Assembly: GCA_050248855.1 (NCBI GenBank)
Contig: JBFWRP010000016.1
Location: 1 to 64,000 of the forward strand
Length of the DNA stretch: 64,000 nucleotides
Reading direction: 5' to 3'
From: Planctomycetota bacterium
GTDB taxonomy: Bacteria; Planctomycetota; PLA2; JAEUHO01
The notes beneath the pieces are model-generated. The model was not told the DNA's origin and did no database searches. It saw nothing but the letters and a program-made list of their open reading frames with translations. Position numbers and translations under genes: made by a program. Within the stretch, counting starts at the first letter, position 1. Each line of letters opens with the position of its first letter. Positions 21,296-31,962 of the stretch are shown piece after piece.

Positions 21296-22698
21296 GCCTC
21301 GGGGGGCGGCGAGCCCGGCGCATCAGCGCGCGGCGGCGCGCTCCCGCCCTGTGCCTTCTTGAGCGCGCGGTTGTAGACGACGCGGCGACGGCCCTGCTCC
21401 TTGGGCGAGAGGCCGGGCTCGTCGGGATCCTCGACGCCGAGGCCGGCAGGCGACGTGTCGCCGGCGGCGGGAGCGGCGGCAGCGGGCGCCGCCGCAGGTG
21501 CGGCGGCTCCACCGCCTTCCGCGGCCTTCTTCTTGGCCCGCGTGAAGGCGATCTGGCGCTTGGCCTTCTCCTTGGGCGAGATCCCCGGCTCGTCGGGGTC
21601 GGCGACACCGAGGGCGGCGGGTGTGAGCTCACCCGCAGGCGCGGCGGGCGCGGCGGCGGCAGCGGCCTCCTCGGCCTTCTTCTGCGCGCGCTTCAGACCC
21701 AACGCGCGCTTGGCCTTCTCCTTGGGCGTGATGCCGGCCTCGTCGGGGTCGGGCACGCCGAGCGCCGCAGGCGACAGGTCGAGAGCGGCCGCGGCGGCGG
21801 GCGCACCGGCGCCTTGGCGCGCCTTGGCCTTCTTGGCGTCCTTCACGGCCTTCAGCCGCGCGATCTTGCGGCTGGTGCGCTCGCGCGGCGCCAGGCCCGC
21901 CTCGGACGGGTCCGGCAAGGCGGCCATGATCGCGGCCTCGTCGACCTTGACCGTGCGCCAGTCGACTTCCTCGGCGACGGGGGCGCCCACGCCGGCGACC
22001 TTGCGCTTGGCGGCGCGGATGGCGGAGAGGCGCGCGATCTTGCGCTTGGTCCGCTCGCGCATGGAAACGCCGGCCTCGAAGGGGTCCGGCAAGCCCGCCG
22101 TGATCGCGGCTTCGTCCACCTTGATGTCGTGCAGCGACACGCGCGGCGCGGCCTTGCCCTTGCCGCCCTTCTTGGCGGCCTTGGCCTTGGCTTCGCGGTC
22201 CTCACGGGCCTTGCGGATGGCGGCGCTGGCGTCCGCGTAGGCCTTGGCCTCCCGCTCCATGGCCTCCGAGGCCAGCGGCAACAGAACCTGCAGCCGGCGG
22301 TCCTTCTCCTGGCGGATCGTGCGCAGCGTGGTCTGCACGAGGCGGTGCTCGGTGCCGAAGGCGGCCAGGGCCTCGTCGAGCACGGCGATGTCGTCTTGCA
22401 GGGCCTCGACGACGAAGCCCATCATGTAGGGCAGCGTGAGGTAGTTCACGTCGCGGTACCAGTAGGCGAACGTGCCCGGTTGGGGGACCTCGTCATAGGT
22501 CTCGATCAGGCGGGCCAGGAGCATCGCGTGGCGACGATCGTCCAGGCGCAGGGCCTTGAGGTCGTCCATGAGCGCCGTGTCCTCGGCCACGAGGAACGGG
22601 CGGCTCTCGTAGACGTAGCCCGACGCGCTGTAGTAGCTGCGGTTGAAGACGCGATCAAGCAGCTCGCGCTGGGCGGTGTCGAGGGTCAGGGTCGTCAC
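21292..22698 (-). CDS. Ferritin-like N-terminal domain fused to five basic C-terminal repeats
   Basis: About 145-aa helical N domain (DDRRH; E..QDDI), then 5x DP.E.G...(K/R)E...R repeats with Ala/Pro linkers; starts 4 bp after the nuoN stop. Confidence 0.65.
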   Translation of the reverse strand: MTTLTLDTAQRELLDRVFNRSYYSASGYVYESRPFLVAEDTALMDDLKALRLDDRRHAMLLARLIETYDEVPQPGTFAYWYRDVNYLTLPYMMGFVVEALQDDIAVLDEALAAFGTEHRLVQTTLRTIRQEKDRRLQVLLPLASEAMEREAKAYADASAAIRKAREDREAKAKAAKKGGKGKAAPRVSLHDIKVDEAAITAGLPDPFEAGVSMRERTKRKIARLSAIRAAKRKVAGVGAPVAEEVDWRTVKVDEAAIMAALPDPSEAGLAPRERTSRKIARLKAVKDAKKAKARQGAGAPAAAAALDLSPAALGVPDPDEAGITPKEKAKRALGLKRAQKKAEEAAAAAAPAAPAGELTPAALGVADPDEPGISPKEKAKRQIAFTRAKKKAAEGGGAAAPAAAPAAAAPAAGDTSPAGLGVEDPDEPGLSPKEQGRRRVVYNRALKKAQGGSAPPRADAPGSPPPEA

Positions 22699-22702
22699 GC
22701 CG

Positions 22703-24178
22703 CTAGCCTCCGATCACCGTGTCCGTGACGGCCTTGGCCCACTCCCAGAGGGGGCTCCAGAAGAAGCCGAACAGCACGACGGGGGCCACGAGGCCCACGC
22801 TCAAGAGCTTGTCGGACAGCGGCAGGCGCCACGCCGTGGCGGCCTCCTCGCCCTCCTGCTCGGAGAACGGGAACATCGCGGTCACGACGCGCATGTAGTA
22901 GTAGAGCGAGACCACGCCGTTGAGCAGGCCAAGCACGCCGAGCGCGATGTAGCCCTTCTCGAAGACGCCGTAGAACAGCTGCAGCTTGCCGACGAAGCCG
23001 AAGAACGGCGGCAGGCCCGTGAGGCTGAACATCACGATGGCCAGCGCCACGGCCAACCAGACGTTGCGGCGCGCGAGCCCGCGGAAGGCCGACATCTCGC
23101 CCGTCCCCTGGCGTCGGATGACCATGCCCGCGATGGAGAACGCGGCGAGGTTCATGAAGAGGTAGGCCACGAGGTAGAGCACGAGGCCCGCCAGCGTGGA
23201 CCGCCCCCACACCGTGATGGCCAGCAGGATGTAGCCGGCGTGCGCGATGCTCGACCACGCGAGCAGGCGCTTGATCTCGGTTTGGCGAAGCGCCGCGGCG
23301 TTGCCGAACGTCATCGACAGGATGGCCAGCACGCCGACGACCTGCAGCAGGAACGGACCGTCGGGCAGCCAACCCGCGCCCGTCGCAGACGCGACCTCGC
23401 CGGGAACCACCGCCGCGACGACGCGGATCAGGGCGGCGAAGCCCGCGGCCTTGGAGGCCACGGCCAGGAAGCCGCCGACGGCAGCCGGGGCGCCGGCGTA
23501 GACGTCGGGCGCCCAGAAGTGGAACGGGACGGCGGAGATCTTGAAGGCGAAGCCCGCCGCCATCAGCAGGCAAGCCACCCAGAAGATGGGCTGGGCGCCG
23601 ATGCCGTTGACCATGGCCACCGAAAGCGCGTCAAGCGACGTGCTGCCCACGAGGCCGACGATCAACGAGAGGCCGTACAGCATCGCCGCGGACGAGACGG
23701 CGCCGAACAGCACGTACTTCATGCTGGCTTCGTTGGCCTTCACGTCCGAGCGACGCATGCCCACGAGCACGTAGCTGGGAATCGAGACGGTCTCGAACGC
23801 CAGGTAGAGCGTCACGAGGTCGACCGACATCGACAGGATGACCATGCCGAGCACGGCAGCCAGGATCAGCAGCAGGTACTCGCCGCCGGGCGTACGGAAC
23901 GCCTCGCCGCGCATGGTGGCCACCACGGTGAGCGCGCCGACGAGGCAGCAGAACACCGTCATGGCCAGGCCGAACGCGTCGGCGCGCAGCACGCCGAACA
24001 CGACCGCCGTGTCGGGCGTCTGGCCCCAGGCCACGAGACCCGCGGCCACGAAGCCGGCGACAGCCAGCGTGGCGGGCACGAGCGGACGACGACCGCGACC
24101 CAGTAGGTCGGTCAGCAGCACCGCCAGCGCGGCGATGGTCAGCAGGATCGACGGAACAAGGGGGCCGGGGTCGGGCAC
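22703..24178 (-). CDS. nuoN: NADH-quinone oxidoreductase subunit N
   Basis: EASMKY, FKISAVPFHFWAPDVY, KRLLAWSSIAHAGY, SLTGLPPF. Confidence 0.96.
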   Translation of the reverse strand: MPDPGPLVPSILLTIAALAVLLTDLLGRGRRPLVPATLAVAGFVAAGLVAWGQTPDTAVVFGVLRADAFGLAMTVFCCLVGALTVVATMRGEAFRTPGGEYLLLILAAVLGMVILSMSVDLVTLYLAFETVSIPSYVLVGMRRSDVKANEASMKYVLFGAVSSAAMLYGLSLIVGLVGSTSLDALSVAMVNGIGAQPIFWVACLLMAAGFAFKISAVPFHFWAPDVYAGAPAAVGGFLAVASKAAGFAALIRVVAAVVPGEVASATGAGWLPDGPFLLQVVGVLAILSMTFGNAAALRQTEIKRLLAWSSIAHAGYILLAITVWGRSTLAGLVLYLVAYLFMNLAAFSIAGMVIRRQGTGEMSAFRGLARRNVWLAVALAIVMFSLTGLPPFFGFVGKLQLFYGVFEKGYIALGVLGLLNGVVSLYYYMRVVTAMFPFSEQEGEEAATAWRLPLSDKLLSVGLVAPVVLFGFFWSPLWEWAKAVTDTVIGG

Positions 24179-24223
24179 GTCAGCTCATCCGGGAGGGAAC
24201 GTCGAAGCGGGTGGTCATGCGCT

Positions 24224-25714
24224 TCACGAGCCCAGCCCCACGGCCGAGGCTTGGAGCAGCGACTCGAGGCTCGTCGTGAAGTAGGCGTAGAGGTCCATCG
24301 CCGTGGCCGGCCAGATGCCCATCCACAGCGTCACCAGCGCCAGCGGCACGAGAACGGCCGCTTCACGCTTGGTGAGGTCGGGGTAGTGCGTCTTGTCCTG
24401 GTAGACGGCGGGCGTCTTGCCCAGGTAGACCTTCTGCAGCGTGATCAGGTAGTAGGCCGCCGTCATCACGATGCCGGCGAGCGAGACCCACGCCGCCCAG
24501 CGCTGCGTGTCGCTCTTGAACGTGCCGATGAAGGTCGTCATCTCGGCGATGAAGCCGGAGAGACCCGGCAGGCCGAGGCTGGCGAAGAACGCGAACGACG
24601 CCAGCAGGAAGTACTTGGGCATGGCCCAGGCCAAGCCGCCGAAGCGGTCGATGTCGCGGTGGTGGGCGCGGTCGTAGATCACGCCCACGATCATGAAGAG
24701 CATGGCGCTGATCGTGCCGTGCGCGAGCATCATGTACATGGCGCCGTTGATGGCTTCGGCGGTGCCCGCCGCCAGGCCCAGCGTGACGAAGCCCATGTGG
24801 CTGACCGACGAGTACGCGATCATCTTCTTGAAGTCGGTCTGGGCGAGTGCGACGAACGCGCCGTACACGATGGCGATCACGCTGATGATCGCGATGGCCG
24901 TGGCCCAGCCCGCCGCCGCCTCCGGGAAGAAGGGGTAGGCGATGCGCATCAGGCCGTAGCCGCCCATCTTCAGCAGGACGCCGGCCAGGATCATGGAGAT
25001 CGGGGTGGGCGCCTCGACGTGGGCGTCGGGCAACCACGTGTGGAACGGGAACGTGGGCACCTTCACGGCGAAGCCGATGAACATGGCCACGAACACGAGC
25101 GACGGGTCGACGCCCGCGGGCAGGATCGACTGGCCCGCCTTGGCCATGGCCACGATCTCGGGGATCGACCACGTGCCCGCGCCCATGCGGACCAGGATGA
25201 GACCCGCGAGCAAGAGGACCGAGCCGGCCAGCGTGTACAGGAAGAACTTGATGCTGGCGTACTGGCGCCGCGGACCGCCCCACATGCCGATGAGGAAGTA
25301 CATCGGCAGGAGCATGATCTCCCAGAACACGTAGAACAGGAACAGGTCCATCGCCACGAACACGCCCAACATGCCCGTGAGCAGCAGCAAGAAGAGCATG
25401 TGGTAGCCGCGGGGGTTCTTGTCGATGCCCCAGCTGGCGATGGCGGCGGTGGCCGACACGAAGGCCGTCAGGAGCAGCAGGCTCAGGGAGAGACCGTCCA
25501 CGGCGATGTGCCACTGGATGCCCACGGCCGGGATCCAGTCGGCCTTCTCGACGTGCTGCAGGCTCTCCATGCCCTGCATGCCGCCCCAGAGGATCAGCAC
25601 GAGCACGAGCACGGCGACGTTGGTCACGACGTTGATCGCGCGAGCGTGCTTCTCGGGCAGCGCCCAGCAGAGCAGGAGGCCCACGACGGGCAGGAAGATC
25701 GTCAACGAGAGCAT
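24224..25714 (-). CDS. nuoM: NADH-quinone oxidoreductase subunit M
   Basis: FYVFWE, KVPTFPFHTWLPDAHVEAP, AYSSVSHMG, GLPGLSGFIAE. Confidence 0.96.
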   Translation of the reverse strand: MLSLTIFLPVVGLLLCWALPEKHARAINVVTNVAVLVLVLILWGGMQGMESLQHVEKADWIPAVGIQWHIAVDGLSLSLLLLTAFVSATAAIASWGIDKNPRGYHMLFLLLLTGMLGVFVAMDLFLFYVFWEIMLLPMYFLIGMWGGPRRQYASIKFFLYTLAGSVLLLAGLILVRMGAGTWSIPEIVAMAKAGQSILPAGVDPSLVFVAMFIGFAVKVPTFPFHTWLPDAHVEAPTPISMILAGVLLKMGGYGLMRIAYPFFPEAAAGWATAIAIISVIAIVYGAFVALAQTDFKKMIAYSSVSHMGFVTLGLAAGTAEAINGAMYMMLAHGTISAMLFMIVGVIYDRAHHRDIDRFGGLAWAMPKYFLLASFAFFASLGLPGLSGFIAEMTTFIGTFKSDTQRWAAWVSLAGIVMTAAYYLITLQKVYLGKTPAVYQDKTHYPDLTKREAAVLVPLALVTLWMGIWPATAMDLYAYFTTSLESLLQASAVGLGS

Positions 25715-25718
25715 GGCG

Positions 25719-27689
25719 TCAGAGGATCCTTCCCAACACGAGGGCCAGCGCCAGCACGCCGGCGCTCACGGACAGGTAGAAGCGGACACGACCGCTCTGC
25801 AGCGCGTTCATGCCGGCTCCGAGGACACGGGGCACCCAGCCCACCAAGTGGACCGCGCCGTCCACGACGCGGCGGTCCGTGCGGCCGGAGAGGCCAGCGA
25901 GCGTGGAGCGGGCGAAGCGACCGATGGTGTTGACGGCGCCGTCCACGCCCTTCTCGTCCACCACGCGGAAGCCCTTGGCCAGGCCGTAGGCCGGCCGTAG
26001 CGCCACCTCGCGGTAGAGCTCGTCGAAGCCGAACTTGCGCTGGAAGACCTTCTCGAGGCCGCGGAAGGGGCGCTTGAGGCGGTCGAGGGCAGCGCCCGCC
26101 ATGAAGCGGAACACGTACAGGCCACCGAGCAGGCCGAGCACGCCTGCCGTGATGGCCATGGCCATCACGACGCCCGAGTGCTCGAAGTGCAGGTCACCGA
26201 CGGTCCGGAAGCCCGTCGCGGTAACGCCCGTCGCATCGGCCACGATCTCGGGGTTCAAGAGGATGCCGTGCCACGCGCCCCATCCGGCGCAGACTGCAAG
26301 CACACCGAGGATGACGAGCGGGATCGTCATGCTCGGGGGCGACTCGTGCGCGTGGTCGTGGACGTGCTGGTCGCGCGGCTTGCCGAGGAACGTCATCGCG
26401 AACAACCGCATCATGTAGAAGGCGGTGAGGACGGCGCCGAACAGCGCCATCCAGTAGAGGACCGGCAGGCGGTGCCAAGCACCCGCCAGGATGGCGTCCT
26501 TCGAGAAGAAGCCGGAGGTGATGAACGGCAGGCCCGCGATGGCCAGCACGCCGGCCAGGAAGGTCCAGCCCGTGATGGGCATCTTCTTGAGCAGCCCGCC
26601 CATCTTGCGCATGTCCTGCTCGTGGTGGCAGGCATGGATCACGCTGCCGGAGCCGAGGAACATCAGCGCCTTGAAGAAGGCGTGCGTGGTGAGGTGGAAC
26701 AGACCGGCGTGCCAGGCGCCCACGCCAAGCCCCAGGAACATGTAGCCCAGCTGGCTGACCGTGGAGTAGGCGAGGACCTTCTTGATGTCGTCCTGGGCCA
26801 GCGCGATGAAGCCGGCCATGACGGCCGTCACGGCGCCGACCGTGGCCACGACGACCAGCACGTCGGGCGTGAGGATCGGCATGAAGCGACCGATCAGGTA
26901 CACGCCGGCCGCGACCATGGTGGCCGCGTGGATCAGGGCGCTGACGGGCGTCGGGCCTTCCATGGCGTCCGGCAGCCAGACGTGCAGCGGGGCCTGGGCG
27001 CTCTTGCCCATGGCCGCGAAGAACAGGCCGAAGCCGGCGATCGTGATCCACGGGTCGGCCAGCGTGCCGCTCTGGGCCGCCGCGAAGATCTTGGCGAACT
27101 CGAAGCTGCCGGCCGTCATGTAGATGGCGGCGATCGCCACGACCATGCCGAGGTCGCCGATGCGCGTGGTGATGAAGGCCTTGCGCGCCGCGTTGCCCGG
27201 GGCGGGCTTCTCGCTCCAGAAGCCGATCAGCTTGTAGGAGCAAAGACCCACCAGCTCCCAGCCCATGAACAGGTGGAGCAGGTTGTCGGCCAGTACCAGG
27301 ACCAGCATCGAGACGCTGAACATCTGGAGCCAGGCGAAGAACAACCAGTACTTGGGGTCGCCCTTCATGTAGCTCGTGCTGAAGAGGTGCACGAGGAACG
27401 CGACCAGCGTCACCACGACCAGCATGACGGCCGTGAGGCCGTCGATGTGGATGCCCACCGTCCACGGCGTGCCCCCACCGCCCGAGGGGTCGAACCACGC
27501 CCACGAGACGTGGAAGGGGTCCGCGCCGCCGAGCTGGGAGACGAGGATCACCACGGCCGACACGAACGAGGCGAAGATCGTGGCCACGGTGAGCCACGCC
27601 CCCTGGCCCGGCAGGCGCCGGCCCAGGAAGAACTGGATCACGAAGCCGACCAGCGGCGCGCCGAGGATCGTCAGGGCCAGCCCGAGCAT
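25719..27689 (-). CDS. nuoL: NADH-quinone oxidoreductase subunit L
   Basis: GKSAQAPLHVWLPDAMEGPTPVSALIHAATMV, AYSTVSQLGYM, HAFFKALMF. Confidence 0.97.
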   Translation of the reverse strand: MLGLALTILGAPLVGFVIQFFLGRRLPGQGAWLTVATIFASFVSAVVILVSQLGGADPFHVSWAWFDPSGGGGTPWTVGIHIDGLTAVMLVVVTLVAFLVHLFSTSYMKGDPKYWLFFAWLQMFSVSMLVLVLADNLLHLFMGWELVGLCSYKLIGFWSEKPAPGNAARKAFITTRIGDLGMVVAIAAIYMTAGSFEFAKIFAAAQSGTLADPWITIAGFGLFFAAMGKSAQAPLHVWLPDAMEGPTPVSALIHAATMVAAGVYLIGRFMPILTPDVLVVVATVGAVTAVMAGFIALAQDDIKKVLAYSTVSQLGYMFLGLGVGAWHAGLFHLTTHAFFKALMFLGSGSVIHACHHEQDMRKMGGLLKKMPITGWTFLAGVLAIAGLPFITSGFFSKDAILAGAWHRLPVLYWMALFGAVLTAFYMMRLFAMTFLGKPRDQHVHDHAHESPPSMTIPLVILGVLAVCAGWGAWHGILLNPEIVADATGVTATGFRTVGDLHFEHSGVVMAMAITAGVLGLLGGLYVFRFMAGAALDRLKRPFRGLEKVFQRKFGFDELYREVALRPAYGLAKGFRVVDEKGVDGAVNTIGRFARSTLAGLSGRTDRRVVDGAVHLVGWVPRVLGAGMNALQSGRVRFYLSVSAGVLALALVLGRIL

Positions 27690-27696
27690 GCTCCCG

Positions 27697-28005
27697 CTAT
27701 CCCTTCAGGTTCGTCATCGCGTCCACGTCGATGCGGTCGCGAGCGTCGAAGACGTTGAGCAGAATGGCCAGGGCCACGGCCGCCTCGGCCGCCGCGATCA
27801 CCAGGACGAACAGGGCGAAGACCTGCCCGCGGACCCCACCGGGGCCGAAGCGGTCGAACGCCACGAGGTTCAGGTTGGCGGCGTTGAGCATGAGCTCGAT
27901 GCCGATCAGGATCGCCACCGCGTTGCGGCGCGCCAAGACCGTCACGAGGCCTGCGCTGAACAGGGCCGCGCCGACGACCAGGTAGTGCATCAGCCCGATC
28001 GTCAC
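27697..28005 (-). CDS. nuoK: NADH-quinone oxidoreductase subunit K
   Basis: RRNAVAILIGIELMLNAAN, AAAEAAVALA. Confidence 0.95.
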   Translation of the reverse strand: MTIGLMHYLVVGAALFSAGLVTVLARRNAVAILIGIELMLNAANLNLVAFDRFGPGGVRGQVFALFVLVIAAAEAAVALAILLNVFDARDRIDVDAMTNLKG

Positions 28006-28529
28006 GTGCGCCTCCGGCGGGCGAGGTAGGCGGCGCCCACGAGGGCGGCCAGCAGCAGCATGGAGCTCAGCTCGAACGGGAGCAGGAACTGCTCGGGGTC
28101 GAGGAAGGCGCGTCCGATGGGCGCCGTGGTGGGCTGCGGGTCGGGCAGCTCGTGCCGGGCGGCGAAGTCCGTCCCGTGCAGCGCCAGCAGCAGCCCGAAG
28201 AAGAACAAGCCGCCCACGAACGCCGGCACGAGCAGCTTGGGCTTCTCCTCGAGGCCCAGCGTGGAGCGGGTCTTGCCCGTCATCAGGATGCCGAACACGA
28301 GCAGCACGAGGATGCCGCCCACGTAGACGATGACCTGCGCGAGGCCGACGAAGTCGGCGCCGAGCATGAAGTACAGGCCCGCGACGCCGAAGAAGGCCGC
28401 CATCAGGCCGAAGGCGGCATGCACGATCTTGGGCGCCGTCGCGGCCGCGATCGCCGAGATCACGGCAAACGCCGCCAAGCCGTAGAACACCGCGGGCGCG
28501 ATCCAGGGGGTGAGGTCGGGCAACGTCAC
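28002..28529 (-). CDS. nuoJ: NADH-quinone oxidoreductase subunit J
   Basis: AQVIVYVGGILVL, LPFELSSMLLL; GTG start overlapping the nuoI stop. Confidence 0.93.
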   Translation of the reverse strand: MTLPDLTPWIAPAVFYGLAAFAVISAIAAATAPKIVHAAFGLMAAFFGVAGLYFMLGADFVGLAQVIVYVGGILVLLVFGILMTGKTRSTLGLEEKPKLLVPAFVGGLFFFGLLLALHGTDFAARHELPDPQPTTAPIGRAFLDPEQFLLPFELSSMLLLAALVGAAYLARRRRT

Positions 28530-29044
28530 GCCTCCCCTCCCTTGTTCCTGCGGGCGGCGATGCGCGCCAGATGCGGAGCGAGGCCAGCCTCCGGGTCGGC
28601 GCTGGTCTTGGCCGTGCGCCAGGGGCCCTCCCCCTTGGTGAAGTCGATGCGCACCCCGCCCTGGCGATCGAACGCGGCGAGGTCGTACTGCTGGCCCATG
28701 TGGATGCAGTCCACGGGGCAGGGGTCGATGCAGAGCGAGCAGAACAGGCACTTGGCGTAGTCGATCTCGTAGCGCGTGAGGATCTTGCTGCCGTCGGCGG
28801 CCTTGCCGCCGTCCTCGATCGCGATGCAGTCCACCGGGCACGCCTTGGCGCACAGGTGACACACGATGCACTTCTCGGGCTCGAACTCGTGCAGGCCCCG
28901 CTCGTAGGGGCTGAAGTACGTCTGCTCGCCCGGATCGGGGTACTCGATGGTGGTCGGCTTCGTGAAGAAGTGCCGCCCCGTCAGCACCATGCCCTTGGCA
29001 GTGCTGGAGATGCCGTGCCAGACGTCCTTGAGGTACGAACGCAT
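28526..29044 (-). CDS. nuoI: NADH-quinone oxidoreductase subunit I
   Basis: Two 4Fe-4S motifs, CIVCHLCAKACP and CLFCSLCIDPCP. Confidence 0.95.
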   Translation of the reverse strand: MRSYLKDVWHGISSTAKGMVLTGRHFFTKPTTIEYPDPGEQTYFSPYERGLHEFEPEKCIVCHLCAKACPVDCIAIEDGGKAADGSKILTRYEIDYAKCLFCSLCIDPCPVDCIHMGQQYDLAAFDRQGGVRIDFTKGEGPWRTAKTSADPEAGLAPHLARIAARRNKGGEA

Positions 29045-29061
29045 GCGCCGCCTCCCGACCG

Positions 29062-30168
29062 CTACCGGCCCATGAGCCACGCTGCGAAGCCCCCGTCGCC
29101 CAGCGAGGCGCCGAGCAGGACCTGCAGGGCCGCCCCCACCACGCAGATCACGCTCGCAGGGAGCAGGACCTTGTAGCAGAGGTACATGACGCGATCGACG
29201 CGGAAGCGCGGCAGGCTCCAACGCACCCAGATCATCACGAAGAGCAGGAAGATCGTCTTCGCGAAGAGGATGCCGAAGCCGAGCCAGCGCGTGCCCGGGC
29301 CGGTCAGGTCGACGGGGAACCCGGGGGACCACCCACCCAGGAAGAGGATCGCGGCGAGCGCGGCGAACAGGATCATGCCCGCGTACTCGGCCAGGAAGAA
29401 CACGGCGAAGCGGAAGCCCGTGTACTCGGTGTGGAAGCCGGCGACGAGCTCGCTCTCGGCCTCGGGCAAGTCGAACGGGGCCCGCTTCAGGCTGGCGAGC
29501 GACGCGGTCGCGAAGATGAAGAAGGCGAGGAACGCGAAGGGCCCGCGGAACACGTACCAGTTCCAGATGGCACCTTCCTGCTGGACGACGATGTCGGTCA
29601 GGTTCAGCGTGCCGGCCAGGACCACGACGGCCAGGGCCGAGATGCCGAGCGGCAGCTCGTAGCTGATCATCTGCGCGACTTCGCGCATGGCGCCGAGCAC
29701 GGCCCACTTCGAGTTGCTGGCCCAGCCGGCCATGATCACGCCCACCACCTCGATGGAGGTCAGGGACAGGATCACGAAGAGGCCGATGTTCATGTCGGCG
29801 GGGACGAGACCGAAGCCCCACGGCAGCACCGCGAACGCCACGAAGGCGCCCGCGAACACGATGATCGGCGCGAGGAGGAAGACGATCCTGTCGGCGCTGG
29901 CCGGAATGATGTCTTCCTTGGCCAGCAGCTTGACGCCGTCGGCCACGAACTGGAGCAAGCCCTGGGGACCCACGCGGTTGGGTCCGATGCGGGCTTGCAT
30001 GCGGCCGGCGACGCGACGCTCGAGCCAGACGGTCTCGCCCGCGACGACGCTCACGAACACGAGCACCAGCTTGCAGGCCAGCACGATGGCGATCGTGTAG
30101 ACCAGCCCCGCCGGCACGGCTTGGAGCCACGTGTGTTCCCGGATCAGCTGGTCGAGCCACGCCTGCAT
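29062..30168 (-). CDS. nuoH: NADH-quinone oxidoreductase subunit H
   Basis: ERRVAGRMQARIGPNRVG, ADGVKLLAKE, PFDLPEAESELVAG. Confidence 0.97.
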   Translation of the reverse strand: MQAWLDQLIREHTWLQAVPAGLVYTIAIVLACKLVLVFVSVVAGETVWLERRVAGRMQARIGPNRVGPQGLLQFVADGVKLLAKEDIIPASADRIVFLLAPIIVFAGAFVAFAVLPWGFGLVPADMNIGLFVILSLTSIEVVGVIMAGWASNSKWAVLGAMREVAQMISYELPLGISALAVVVLAGTLNLTDIVVQQEGAIWNWYVFRGPFAFLAFFIFATASLASLKRAPFDLPEAESELVAGFHTEYTGFRFAVFFLAEYAGMILFAALAAILFLGGWSPGFPVDLTGPGTRWLGFGILFAKTIFLLFVMIWVRWSLPRFRVDRVMYLCYKVLLPASVICVVGAALQVLLGASLGDGGFAAWLMGR

Positions 30169-31373
30169 CAGCGGTCCACCTCGCCGAGCACGATGTCCAT
30201 GCTGCCGATGAGCGCCACCAGGTCGGCCAGGAGCACGCCCTCGGCCACCTCCGTGATGACGGCGATGTTGCTGTAGGACGGCCCGCGGCAGCGGCAGCGG
30301 TATGCCGTGTCCTTGCCGTCGCTCACGAAGTAGCAGGCGAGCTCGCCGCGCGGGTTCTCGCCACGCACGTACACCTCACCGGCCGCCGGGCGGAAGCTCT
30401 TGGGCATGTTCGCCATGACCGGGCCCTCGGGCATCTGGGCCAGGGCCTGGCGGATGATCCGGACGCTCTGTTCGACTTCCTGGGCGCGGATCCAGTGGCG
30501 CTGGAAGCAATCGCCCAGCACGCCCGCGATGCCCGAGGCGCCGTGGGGCACGTCGAAGTCGAAGCGGTCGTAGACCGAGTAGGGCGCATCGCGCCGCACG
30601 TCCCAGTCGACGCCCGCCGCACGCAAGCCCGGGCCCGTGACGCCCCAGCGCACGGCGGTGTCGCGATCGATCACCCCGATGCTGCAGGTCCGCTCCTGGA
30701 AGATGCGGTTCTGCATGAGGAGCAGGTTGTACTCGGGCAGGCGCTTCTCGACGGCGTCGAGGAAGGCGTCCAGCTCGTCGAGCCACTCGCGCGAGAGGTC
30801 GCGCTTGACGCCACCGATGCGCACGTAGTGGTAGAGCAGGCGCCCGCCGCTGATGTGATCGAGCAGGTCCATGCCCCGCTCGCGCTCGCGGAACTGGTGC
30901 AGGAACGGCGTGAACGCACCCAGGTCGAGGCCGTACACGCCGATGGCCATGAGGTGGCTCAGGATGCGCTGCACCTCCGCCACGATCACGCGGATGTACT
31001 CGGCGCGCTCCGGCACCCGGATGTCACCGAGCTGCTCGATGGCCATGCACGCGACGTGCTCGTTGCACATCGCCGCGAGGTAGTCCATGCGGTCGACGTA
31101 CGGCAGCCACTGGTAGTAGGGCACGCTCTCGCCGATCTTCTCGGCGCAACGGTGCAGGTTGCCGACATGGGGCTGGAGCGCACGCACGATCTCGCCATCG
31201 GTCTTGATGACGACGCGCAGCACGCCGTGCGTGGCCGGGTGCTGCGGACCGATGTTGAGGACCATCTCCTCGGTGCGCAGGTCGCGACCGACGAGCAGCT
31301 GGCGCTCGTGCAGCTCGTGCGTGGGCTCGGCCTCGGAGGGCGTCAGTGCCGGGGAACGACCGTTGGTGCTCAC
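30168..31373 (-). CDS. nuoD: NADH-quinone oxidoreductase subunit D
   Basis: [35 protein letters not shown] start overlapping the nuoC stop. Confidence 0.96.
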   Translation of the reverse strand: MSTNGRSPALTPSEAEPTHELHERQLLVGRDLRTEEMVLNIGPQHPATHGVLRVVIKTDGEIVRALQPHVGNLHRCAEKIGESVPYYQWLPYVDRMDYLAAMCNEHVACMAIEQLGDIRVPERAEYIRVIVAEVQRILSHLMAIGVYGLDLGAFTPFLHQFRERERGMDLLDHISGGRLLYHYVRIGGVKRDLSREWLDELDAFLDAVEKRLPEYNLLLMQNRIFQERTCSIGVIDRDTAVRWGVTGPGLRAAGVDWDVRRDAPYSVYDRFDFDVPHGASGIAGVLGDCFQRHWIRAQEVEQSVRIIRQALAQMPEGPVMANMPKSFRPAAGEVYVRGENPRGELACYFVSDGKDTAYRCRCRGPSYSNIAVITEVAEGVLLADLVALIGSMDIVLGEVDR

Positions 31374-31948
31374 AGGCCCTCCGGCGGGACGATCGGCACA
31401 CCGTGGTAGGTCGCGGGCGTCTCCCAGTCCTTGCGCAGCGGGTGGCCCGGCCAGTCCTCGGGCAGCAGGATGCGACGCAGGTCCTTGCGGCCCGTGAAGC
31501 GGATGCCGACGAGGTCGAACGTCTCGCGCTCGTGCCAGTCGGCGCCCGTCCAGATGTCCATCACCGTGGGCACGTCCGGGGCGCCACGGGGCACCCGCAC
31601 CTTGAGGCACAGCCAGGGGTCGTTCTTGGGCGTGCGCTTGCGGTAGGCCGCATCGGGCTTCTTCGCGTACGAGCAGAGGTGGTAGACGGCCTCGAGCTCA
31701 TCGTCGGCCTTGTAGTCCACGCCCGAGACGAGGTGGCAGCAGTCCATCGCCAGCCCCTCGTCGTCGCGCAGCAGACGGGCCACGGCGCGGAGCGACTCGG
31801 GCTTGACGCGGATCCAGGGGTGCTTGCCCCCGGTCTCGCTGGCTACCACCGCGTCGGGTACCTCGCGCTGGACGAGGTCGAGGGCCGCCTTCGTGATGGG
31901 GTCGGCCTCGTTCGTGGCGGCGTCCGCGGCCGGAGAGGTCTTGGCCAT
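31370..31948 (-). CDS. nuoC: NADH-quinone oxidoreductase subunit C
   Basis: [31 protein letters not shown]. Confidence 0.95.
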   Translation of the reverse strand: MAKTSPAADAATNEADPITKAALDLVQREVPDAVVASETGGKHPWIRVKPESLRAVARLLRDDEGLAMDCCHLVSGVDYKADDELEAVYHLCSYAKKPDAAYRKRTPKNDPWLCLKVRVPRGAPDVPTVMDIWTGADWHERETFDLVGIRFTGRKDLRRILLPEDWPGHPLRKDWETPATYHGVPIVPPEGL

Positions 31949-31962
31949 CGCGCGCCCCCCTC

